In this document: positions 16,992 through 25,419 of the stretch, one piece after another
Position numbering within the stretch: the first letter of the stretch is position 1
How the letters are laid out: the number at the start of each line of letters is the position of its first letter
Origin: a virus
Lineage: Duplodnaviria > Caudoviricetes
Direction: 5' to 3' (one strand)
Length of the DNA: 53,767 bases
IMG/VR virus record: IMGVR_UViG_3300021963_000162
Span: 1-53,767 of that record
Translations under genes and position numbers: made by a program
Notes under the pieces: generated by a model
What the model saw: only the letters and a program-made list of their open reading frames with translations
What the model was told of the DNA's origin: nothing
Databases searched by the model: none

Positions 16992-18020
16992 ATGGCAACA
17001 CCACAATTAGTTGAATCCGGCGAACAAATGGTAAATAATACCAATGCCAGTATTTTATCGGCGGTAACTACTGGACCAACTTCTGCTTTGTACAAAAGCA
17101 AGTACAATACATTCAATTTAAAATATCCAAGAGATTTAGATTCTTCAACCAAAGGACACTCTGTGAGGTTTGATATCTATGAATCTTTGCCAGCAGACTT
17201 AACTGCTTTGAAAGAAGGTTTCAATAAAGCTGTTAGTTATGGTTTAAATACAACAGGGGCAGAAGCAACATCAGACCTTGGCAACGTTGCCACCAAAGCT
17301 TGGGATGCAACTAAAGAAGCCTACAACCAAATAGGTGGAAATCTACAAAAAGCCATTAATTCTGGAGATCCAGGTGGTGCTTTAGGTGAAACTGTAAGTA
17401 GTGGATTAAATAGTGCCGTAGGTTTTGTAAAAAGAAATGTATCAAAATCTTCTGTTGGAGCAATCACACTTTATATGCCAGAAACACTTGAATTTAATTA
17501 TGCTGCACAATATAATAATTTAAGTTTGGCAACTGCTGCAGAATCAGTGAGTGGTGTTGCTTCTGCTTTAACTTCTATTTTAAATAGAGGTGCAGTAAAA
17601 TTAGGTTTAAATTATGCGGGTTATGTTTTTAACCCACAAGAACAAGTGTTGTTTGAAGGTATAGACTTTAGAACTTACAATATGTCTTTTACATTTACAC
17701 CATACTCACAACAAGAAGCAGAAGAAGTTAGAAACATCATTAAGAATTTCAGAAAATATGCTGCACCAGAGTTGATTACAAAATCAGCAGGTTTCTTTAT
17801 GACACCTCCAGCAATTTTTCAAATAAGTTTTCTCAACCGAGGTCAAGAAAACGCAAACATAAACAAATTGAAACAAAGTGTATTACAAAATATTGATGTT
17901 AATTATGCACCGAACGGATGGTCTGCACATGAAGATGGTGCACCAGTACAAACAACATTAACACTACAATTCAAAGAAATTGAACTAGTAGATAAAGCAG
18001 CAATTGATAGCGGATACTAA
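16992..18020 (+). CDS. gp48: Baseplate tail-tube cap gp48
   Basis: LYMPE, NP....LF.G..FR...F.F.P, VNYAPNG and L.F.E.E motifs; CATAAATA at 16954-16961 upstream. Confidence 0.85.
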   Translation: MATPQLVESGEQMVNNTNASILSAVTTGPTSALYKSKYNTFNLKYPRDLDSSTKGHSVRFDIYESLPADLTALKEGFNKAVSYGLNTTGAEATSDLGNVATKAWDATKEAYNQIGGNLQKAINSGDPGGALGETVSSGLNSAVGFVKRNVSKSSVGAITLYMPETLEFNYAAQYNNLSLATAAESVSGVASALTSILNRGAVKLGLNYAGYVFNPQEQVLFEGIDFRTYNMSFTFTPYSQQEAEEVRNIIKNFRKYAAPELITKSAGFFMTPPAIFQISFLNRGQENANINKLKQSVLQNIDVNYAPNGWSAHEDGAPVQTTLTLQFKEIELVDKAAIDSGY

Positions 18021-18021
18021 A

Positions 18022-18621
18022 ATGAAATATTTTGAAACATTACCAAAAATAGTCGTTACTGAAAATAAAGTATCTAAAGTATTCACAAACCTTTTGGCAA
18101 GAACAAATGTCATTCAAGGTTTGATAAACAACCCACTGTTGTTTTACACATATGACATTCAGGAATCAGATACTCCTGAAATAATTGCTCACAAATACTA
18201 TGATGATATTGATAGGTATTGGATTGTTCTACTGGTCAATCAAATATTCGATCCACAATGGAACTGGCCATTAACACCAACTAATTTTGACAAATATGTT
18301 TTAGCTAAGTATGATGGTTCACTGGACAATATACATCACTATGAAAAAATCGTAACAAAAACAAACAGGAGTCCATTGGGATCAACAATAACTGTTGACA
18401 CCGAAATAATTTCTGAAGAAACTTACGATGATTTACCATACAATTCTGACAATACCTATACAATAGGTTCTGAAATTGTAGATGTTAACATCAAAACTAA
18501 AATTGTGACAATTCGTGAATATGAACTTGAATTAAATGAATCAAAGAGAAATATAAAATTGTTGAATGTAGACTATGTTCAAAAAATCGAAAGTGAATTG
18601 TTTAATTTGATGAGTAGGTAA
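18022..18621 (+). CDS. gp53: Baseplate wedge subunit gp53
   Basis: YF...P, TPE.IA.KYY, YWIVLL.N...DP...WP, IHHYE and NE.KR.IKLL motifs. Confidence 0.9.
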   Translation: MKYFETLPKIVVTENKVSKVFTNLLARTNVIQGLINNPLLFYTYDIQESDTPEIIAHKYYDDIDRYWIVLLVNQIFDPQWNWPLTPTNFDKYVLAKYDGSLDNIHHYEKIVTKTNRSPLGSTITVDTEIISEETYDDLPYNSDNTYTIGSEIVDVNIKTKIVTIREYELELNESKRNIKLLNVDYVQKIESELFNLMSR

Positions 18622-18622
18622 T

Positions 18623-19921
18623 ATGGAAGATATAGATAGAAATTTATTTCCCCAGTCGATAAGTGTTAATGACTTAACCATATATCCGGCGAATAAACAA
18701 CCACAAAATATTAAATCTCTTTTGGTCGATTTGTCTTATTTTGAGGACATTTATAGTTTTGCAATTTCTGGTTATGTAAAATTAAGAGATGCAACAGGCA
18801 TTATTGAAAAACTAAATTTGTCTGGAAACGAAACAATATCTTTATCTTTTGACACATCAAGCACTGGTACACGAAAGAAACAGTTTTTTAAATTGTATAC
18901 TATCCCTAGTAGACAACCTATTGGACCAATGAACAGTGAGTTTATTAAATTGTATTTTTGTTCGGAAGAATTGTTGTTGTCTGAACAAATAAAGGTAACA
19001 AAAGCATATTCAACAGAAATATCCAATATTGTTAGAAATATATTGAGTGAAAAATTAAGGGTTCAAAAACCCATGTTTATAGATTCCACAACAGGAACCT
19101 ATAACTTTAACATACCGACATTGAAACCATTTGAAGCAATTAGTTGGTTGTCAATCTATGCACGACCAACATATAATAATTTGATTGGTGCAGATATGTT
19201 ATTCTATGAAAATAAAGATGGGTTTTATTTCAAATCTTTAAGTAACTTATATCAACAACAAATATATAGAACATACAAATATCAACAACAAAATGTAAGC
19301 AAATCAACTTTACCTGAATCCAGCATCACTGTTTTGGATTTTGAATTCGTTAAAGCATTTAACTCGTTGGAAGATATTGAAGCAGGAACTTTTGCAAATA
19401 GGTTGATTACTTTAGACCCATTGACGAGAAAAGTGAATGTCAAAGATTTTAAATATAGTGATTATGGCGGTAAAAAATTAAATGAAGGTACTGTTTTAGA
19501 AGAAACACAAAACAGATTAGGAAAAACGCAAAGTGAAGCCGTGACAGGAAAAATTAAACTTGCAATATCCAATTCAGACCAAAGAAAAAAGTCTTGGGCT
19601 CAAAATGCACAAAACAATAGTGTGGCACCTGACATTTTTGTTGAAACATTCATTCCTAATAGAACCGCACAAATGGCTTTGGCAAATTACACATTGGTCA
19701 AAATAAAAATACCTTGTGACCCAGGTTTAAAAGTTGGTGATGTAATTAACTTTCAATTACCATCTATTTCCAGTAAAGAATTAGATATGACTTATTCTGG
19801 CAGATATTTGGTGACCGCAATACGACACATTATAAGGTCAGAAGGTGGTTCCGAATCTGTATTGGAAATAGCAAAAGATAGTGAAACAAATAGAATTGTA
19901 GCAAACAACCCCTTAGGATGA
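18623..19921 (+). CDS. Baseplate hub protein (gp27-like)
   Basis: Size and position between gp53 and gp5; FYEN..GF.FKS and SGRYLVTAIRH motifs. Confidence 0.7.
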   Translation: MEDIDRNLFPQSISVNDLTIYPANKQPQNIKSLLVDLSYFEDIYSFAISGYVKLRDATGIIEKLNLSGNETISLSFDTSSTGTRKKQFFKLYTIPSRQPIGPMNSEFIKLYFCSEELLLSEQIKVTKAYSTEISNIVRNILSEKLRVQKPMFIDSTTGTYNFNIPTLKPFEAISWLSIYARPTYNNLIGADMLFYENKDGFYFKSLSNLYQQQIYRTYKYQQQNVSKSTLPESSITVLDFEFVKAFNSLEDIEAGTFANRLITLDPLTRKVNVKDFKYSDYGGKKLNEGTVLEETQNRLGKTQSEAVTGKIKLAISNSDQRKKSWAQNAQNNSVAPDIFVETFIPNRTAQMALANYTLVKIKIPCDPGLKVGDVINFQLPSISSKELDMTYSGRYLVTAIRHIIRSEGGSESVLEIAKDSETNRIVANNPLG

Positions 19922-19928
19922 TTAGAAG

Positions 19929-20246
19929 ATGCAAAACTTTTTAGGAAAAGATAGTTTTATATGGTGGGTGGGAGAAATAGTGGACCGTATGGATCCATTG
20001 GGATTAGGCCGTTGTAAGGTTCGTATCTTTGGTTGGCATACAGACGGTTCTGAAACATCCAAGATAGAAATAAAAGTAGAAGATTTACCTTGGGCGATGC
20101 CTTTGTTGCCATTGAATAACAGAAATTCTTTTTCTTCACCTTTAGTTGGTGACTGGGTAGTTGGATTTTTCTTTGATGGTGAAGCAGGACAATTTCCAGT
20201 TATGATGGGTGTGTTACCTGCGTTCAATCCAAACACACAAAAATGA
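19929..20246 (+). CDS. gp5 N-terminal OB-fold domain as a separate 105-aa protein
   Basis: WWVG....R.DP..LGRCKVRIFGWH, LPWA, G.WV.GFF.DG...Q.P.MMG motifs. Confidence 0.88.
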   Translation: MQNFLGKDSFIWWVGEIVDRMDPLGLGRCKVRIFGWHTDGSETSKIEIKVEDLPWAMPLLPLNNRNSFSSPLVGDWVVGFFFDGEAGQFPVMMGVLPAFNPNTQK

Positions 20247-20253
20247 GGACAAA

Positions 20254-21153
20254 ATGGGATATTCAACATCAGTAAATTTAGGCGATACCGAAATTATCAA
20301 TTTTAAGGTGGTGGAGAGATTTTCACCAAATTCACCTTTTGCAGCATTGTCAAAAAGACCAGATGTACAGACAACACCACAGTTGGCCAGAGGGTATATG
20401 CCTGGTTCTTCAATTGATTTATTAAATAATAATCTGTCTCATGTTTGTGATTTTAAATTTATATTTAATTTACAAGGTAACCTTAGTCTAGGCATATTGA
20501 GTCCTGTTGAAGCTTTACAAAAGGCTATTAGAGGTGCAAAATTAAAGGCAGCAAATACACTAAGAAGTCTAGTACAAGATGGAGTTCAAGCCTTTAGAAA
20601 AGCATTAGATTTCATCATTAAAGCTTTAGGTTTGGATCCAAGTGGTGAGATATCTTATTATTGGTCATTGGGTAAAGACATAGTAAGAAAAATCAATGAA
20701 GTTATAGAATTCATTGCAGAAAAAGTTGAAATTGTTTTGGAATATATATTTTTGGCTCAACAAATTAAAGAATTAGTTGAATGGATTTTGAGTTTACCAG
20801 ATAAATTAAAAGCATTGTTAGCGGAATGTATTAAAAATTTTACAAATTCAATTCAACAAGTTGCAACAAGCATTGGTTCTATACCAGAACAAATTGCGAG
20901 TTTGACTGAAGCGCAAACACAATCAATTGCCAACGAATTCACACAAGCATCAAATTTACTATTAACTTCTGTCACAGAATCACAGAGCACTTCGGGTATA
21001 CCACCAGCAGTTTCAATGGCACTAAGTAAAGGCACAACGGATCCTGAACATATTGGTTTAATCAATAAATATATAATTGATTCCACACCTAGTGCAGATA
21101 GTCTTACATCAAATACGACTTCTTATCAATTCTCAACATCGCAATCACCATAA
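20254..21153 (+). CDS. Hypothetical helical baseplate-region protein between the gp5 pieces
   Basis: GAGGA SD plus ATG 20254; amphipathic helices; HVCD motif. Confidence 0.65.
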   Translation: MGYSTSVNLGDTEIINFKVVERFSPNSPFAALSKRPDVQTTPQLARGYMPGSSIDLLNNNLSHVCDFKFIFNLQGNLSLGILSPVEALQKAIRGAKLKAANTLRSLVQDGVQAFRKALDFIIKALGLDPSGEISYYWSLGKDIVRKINEVIEFIAEKVEIVLEYIFLAQQIKELVEWILSLPDKLKALLAECIKNFTNSIQQVATSIGSIPEQIASLTEAQTQSIANEFTQASNLLLTSVTESQSTSGIPPAVSMALSKGTTDPEHIGLINKYIIDSTPSADSLTSNTTSYQFSTSQSP

Positions 21154-21155
21154 TT

Positions 21156-22001
21156 ATGACAACTAAACCGAGTTTTGTTACCGCATGGACTGAACCAGAA
21201 TCAGCAGCGAACACAAATTACCAACCAGTATACCCTTATAATAATGTTACCCAAACTGAGGGTGGTCATTCTTTTGAGATGGACGATACTCCTACAAGAG
21301 AGCGTGTACGCATACAACATGGTAAAGGAACATTCTTGGAAATGCATCCTAATGGTGATGAGGTGCATAAAATCATTGGTGATGGTTATACAATTACCTT
21401 GGGTGACCATAATATTGCTATCGGTGTTGATGACGGTAAACTTGCCAAAAAATTGAACATTACCGTTTATGGTGACGCATACTTCAATGTCAAAGGTGAT
21501 AAGATTGAAGAAATTGATGGTAATTTTGAACAACATGTAAAGGGCAATTACACACAAACAGTAAATGGTATTAGTACCGTTTCTTCTTTAGGTGATATGC
21601 GAATATTTGCAGGTTCGGGTATTGCAGGAAAATTGGTTATTAATGTGCCAGACCATGTTCGCATCAATGGTGATTTAAGTGTTTCTGGTGAAGCCAAAGC
21701 CGATAAGATAACATCTACAACAAGAATTGATGCAGGCACAGGAGTAAGAGCTGGTAAATTAGGATTTGTAACTGTAACTGGTGGTTTATCTGTAGGTTTG
21801 CCAATTGCAATTCCTTTGCAAATTAATTGTGCAGGACCAATCAACTCACTTACAAGTATGTCAGCGCCACTTGGAAGTTTTGGTATTATGGGTGCAATTC
21901 TTGCTGGTGATATTGTAAACGAAACGATTCGTGCATTTCACAATCATCCAGCACCAGAGGGTGTAACAGGTTCACCATTCCAGAAAGAATTGAGGGCATA
22001 A
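21156..22001 (+). CDS. gp5 C-terminal beta-helix spike protein
   Basis: YPYN.V..T.GGH.FE.DDTP..ER....H..GT..E..P.G followed by V.G repeats; ends with HNH (HxH tip motif). Confidence 0.85.
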   Translation: MTTKPSFVTAWTEPESAANTNYQPVYPYNNVTQTEGGHSFEMDDTPTRERVRIQHGKGTFLEMHPNGDEVHKIIGDGYTITLGDHNIAIGVDDGKLAKKLNITVYGDAYFNVKGDKIEEIDGNFEQHVKGNYTQTVNGISTVSSLGDMRIFAGSGIAGKLVINVPDHVRINGDLSVSGEAKADKITSTTRIDAGTGVRAGKLGFVTVTGGLSVGLPIAIPLQINCAGPINSLTSMSAPLGSFGIMGAILAGDIVNETIRAFHNHPAPEGVTGSPFQKELRA

Positions 22002-22002
22002 T

Positions 22003-22845
22003 ATGAGTAGTATATACGCAAGGCTTGGTTTTAACTCATCAGACCCATTGACCAAATCAACAACACAAGATTTATCAGCAAATGTTAAAACTCAATTGAA
22101 TATGTTGCCTGATTTACTAACACCTTGGCAAATTCAAGATGTTGCAACATCCAATACATCAGGATATTATGTAAATCCAGTCGCCAATATCATATCTTAT
22201 ATTACAACAACTGCAAGCAATATGCTGAGTATTGCTGGAGGAGTATCTGGAACAACAAATGCTATAACTCTTTTAATAAGAAATACAGCGAATGTGTCTA
22301 ATACAATCATCCAAAGCACAGCACCAGGTTTCTTATATCACACAAATAGGTTATCAAATGTGATACCACCAGATACTAATATGGATGAAGTACACTATCA
22401 AACAGCAATTGGCACAGGTAAAATTATGGTATACATTGTCAGTCAATCTGACGGCATACAAAATAATTCACCAATTATGGGCAATTTCACAAGTCTATAC
22501 ACATCCAATACACTAACGCAACAAAAAATAACTGTAGATGATTGGGCTGTTACATTAAATAATAGTATAACCATCACTCAAAGGTTGGTTGATGGAAATA
22601 CAGTGATTGACAAAGATTCAAGTTTGAGTTTATCACAGGCACAAAGTATGTACGACAGTGTTTCTGCATTAAATCAAACCATGGTTAATTATAGAAATCA
22701 AGATAATACATTTTATCAAAATTCCAAAGCAGTATTAGACGATTTCAATAAAGTTAGAGATTTTTCAAAACTTGGGCAATCCGAAACCGACATGATAATG
22801 AACGCCATCGGTTCCGACAAGATTAAACAAAGGTTGAACTCATAA
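22003..22845 (+). CDS. Hypothetical virion protein
   Basis: 280-aa ORF tightly coupled within the baseplate operon. Confidence 0.7.
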   Translation: MSSIYARLGFNSSDPLTKSTTQDLSANVKTQLNMLPDLLTPWQIQDVATSNTSGYYVNPVANIISYITTTASNMLSIAGGVSGTTNAITLLIRNTANVSNTIIQSTAPGFLYHTNRLSNVIPPDTNMDEVHYQTAIGTGKIMVYIVSQSDGIQNNSPIMGNFTSLYTSNTLTQQKITVDDWAVTLNNSITITQRLVDGNTVIDKDSSLSLSQAQSMYDSVSALNQTMVNYRNQDNTFYQNSKAVLDDFNKVRDFSKLGQSETDMIMNAIGSDKIKQRLNS

Positions 22846-22940
22846 AATGGAAATTTCGAATTTTTGCGTTCCGGCCCAAGAATTTTCTCCCACAGCTTCA
22901 AGATTCCAAAAAAGCGTTTTACTCCTACGATAAATAAAGA

Positions 22941-23333
22941 ATGGCAACCTTAACTAAAATATACTCTGACATAGACTTCACCTTCACCAGAAAACCGGTG
23001 ACGAATGATGTTGCCCTTAGTTATGATGCACAGGCCGTAGCAAGGTCTATAAGAAATTTATTGTCTTGTAAACACTATGAAAGACTTTGGAACCCGGATT
23101 TAGGTTCAAATATTGAAGCTATATTGTTTGAACCAATTTCACCTTCTTCAAAATCTTCTTTAGAAAATGAAGTTAGAGAAATGATTGACAAGTATGAACC
23201 TAGGGTAAATTTAAAAAGTGTAGTTGTAACATCTAGTCCAGACTCAAATTCATACAGTATATCTATAACTTATTATCTGGTAAATGCAACGATTCCGACA
23301 ACAATAACAATTCTTTTAGAGAGAAACAGATAA
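22941..23333 (+). CDS. gp25: Baseplate wedge subunit gp25
   Basis: YSDID..F, SIRNL....YER...P..GS, LFEP and YEPRV motifs. Confidence 0.93.
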   Translation: MATLTKIYSDIDFTFTRKPVTNDVALSYDAQAVARSIRNLLSCKHYERLWNPDLGSNIEAILFEPISPSSKSSLENEVREMIDKYEPRVNLKSVVVTSSPDSNSYSISITYYLVNATIPTTITILLERNR

Positions 23334-23334
23334 A

Positions 23335-25416
23335 ATGGCTGGTGCTAATTCAAACATTCAAATGACAGAATTGGACTTTAATGCAATAAAGAACAATCTG
23401 AAAACCTATTTACAATCACAAGATACTCTAAAAGATTACAACTATGATGGTTCTGCATTATCTGTTCTCTTAGATATTTTGGCGTATAATACACAGTACA
23501 ATGCATATTACTTGAATATGATTGGCAACGAAATGTTTTTGGACACTGCAATACAAAGAAATTCTGTGGTTTCACAAGCTAAGATGTTAAATTATGTACC
23601 AAAAAGTGCAATTGCACCGGTCGCTACAGTTAATTTGACCGTAAACCAAGTTACTGATTCGTCTTTGACATTACCAAAATTTACAAGTTTCATGTCAGAG
23701 GCCGTTGATGGAGTCAACTATACTTTTGTGACAACAGACGCAACAACAGTAAATGTTGTAAATAATCAAGCAGTTTTTAATAATCTTTCAATCAGACAAG
23801 GCAATCCAACAACAATGTCTTATGTTGTTGACTCAACGACTAACCCATCATACACATTCAAAATACCAAGCACAAATATAGATACAACCACTCTAGAAAT
23901 TAGTGTTCAAACTTCTTCAACGAACAATTCAACTGAAATTTATGAATCAGCATCAGATTTTCTGACAATTAGTAAAGATTCTGCTGTTTACTTCTTGCAA
24001 GAAGGAATGGACAATTACTATGAAGTATATTTTGGTAAAGGTGTATTAGGTAGAAAATTAAATGATGGTAATATTGTCAGAATGACATATTTGACCACAT
24101 CAGGCACAGCAGCATATCAGGCTAATAGTTTTGTTTTGATGGATTCAATTAATAGTTACTCAAATACCACCACACAATCAGTTGTGGCGGCCACAAAAGG
24201 TTCAGCAAAAGAATCAATTGACTCTATCAAATTTCATGCACCTAAATCATATGCAGCACAAAAGCGTGCAGTTACTAAAGAAGATTACATCAACGCAATT
24301 CAGCAAAACAAATTAGGATATTCTTTTGATGCAGTAAATGTTTGGGGTGGGCAAGAGAATTCATCACCAGTTTATGGTCAGGTATTCATTTCTGTTAAAC
24401 CATCTGGTGCATATACATTAACAGACACACAGAAACAAAAGATGATTAATGATATCATCAAACCAATTTCTGTGATGACAGTTGAACCTACTTTGGTTGA
24501 TCCAGACTATACTTACATACAAATTACAGCAAATGTTTTGTATGATGCAAAGAAAACCACATATACATCTGGTCAAATTCAATCACTAGTTAAGACTGCA
24601 ATTGCCAACCTGGCTGCGTCTTCATTGAACACATTCAATTCAACATTTAAAGCTGCCGATTTCAATAATGTTATCAATGGTGTAGATAAATCAATCATTA
24701 CCAACGAAATTAGTTTGCAGTTGCAGAAAAAATTCTTACCAGTTTTGACCAATGCAACAACATACAATTTATATTATGGTGCACCACTCAAAAGAGGTAT
24801 CAACCTAAGTGGTGTAAATAGTTCACCATCTGTTATTTACAGAAGTCCAACAAACATTGATTTAACTATTGATAATGTATACCTTGATGAAATGCCAGCA
24901 CAAACTGGAGGAGTAGAATCAATCACTGTTTTAAATCCAGGATTTGGTTATTCTTTAACTTCACCACCAACAGCAACAATTTTAGGTGACGGAACTGGTG
25001 CCACAGCTAGCGTATTATTGGATGGTAACGGATCAATCAAGTCTATTACTGTCACAAATGCTGGAACAGGATACACCAGTGCAATAGTAAAGATAACCAA
25101 TTCATCTAGTGATACAACAGGTTCTCTTGGTGCAGGTGCAGTTACTTTACAAGGTCGTTATGGAACATTAAGAACCTACTACAACAATACTGAAAATGTA
25201 AAAAGTCTTTTGAACTTGAATATGGGTACTATAGATTATCAAGAAGGTATATTGACATTAAATTCTTTTGCACCATTGGGTGTTAATAATGATTTGGGAC
25301 AACTAACCGTTTCTGTTAACCCAGCATCAACAATACTATCTTCTTCATATAATAGAATCATAACTGTTGATCCTTTCGATTCAAATGCAATTATTGTTAA
25401 TGTAACTGCAAAATAA
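23335..25416 (+). CDS. gp6: Baseplate wedge subunit gp6
   Basis: LDF..IK.NLK.YL, LLDILAYNT.YNAYY, Q.RAVT..DY and VWGG motifs. Confidence 0.93.
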   Translation: MAGANSNIQMTELDFNAIKNNLKTYLQSQDTLKDYNYDGSALSVLLDILAYNTQYNAYYLNMIGNEMFLDTAIQRNSVVSQAKMLNYVPKSAIAPVATVNLTVNQVTDSSLTLPKFTSFMSEAVDGVNYTFVTTDATTVNVVNNQAVFNNLSIRQGNPTTMSYVVDSTTNPSYTFKIPSTNIDTTTLEISVQTSSTNNSTEIYESASDFLTISKDSAVYFLQEGMDNYYEVYFGKGVLGRKLNDGNIVRMTYLTTSGTAAYQANSFVLMDSINSYSNTTTQSVVAATKGSAKESIDSIKFHAPKSYAAQKRAVTKEDYINAIQQNKLGYSFDAVNVWGGQENSSPVYGQVFISVKPSGAYTLTDTQKQKMINDIIKPISVMTVEPTLVDPDYTYIQITANVLYDAKKTTYTSGQIQSLVKTAIANLAASSLNTFNSTFKAADFNNVINGVDKSIITNEISLQLQKKFLPVLTNATTYNLYYGAPLKRGINLSGVNSSPSVIYRSPTNIDLTIDNVYLDEMPAQTGGVESITVLNPGFGYSLTSPPTATILGDGTGATASVLLDGNGSIKSITVTNAGTGYTSAIVKITNSSSDTTGSLGAGAVTLQGRYGTLRTYYNNTENVKSLLNLNMGTIDYQEGILTLNSFAPLGVNNDLGQLTVSVNPASTILSSSYNRIITVDPFDSNAIIVNVTAK

Positions 25417-25419
25417 AAA

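Noticed and set aside
20209-20256. Possible frameshift joining the gp5 OB-fold to the next ORF (CAA AAA TGA)
   Set aside because: It would need a +1 shift, and the downstream ORF has its own GAGGA SD and ATG, so independent initiation is simpler.
22716-22901. 61-aa minus-strand ORF with an upstream AGGAG
   Set aside because: The SD is too far from the TTG, and the ORF is mostly antisense to a real gene in a plus-strand operon.
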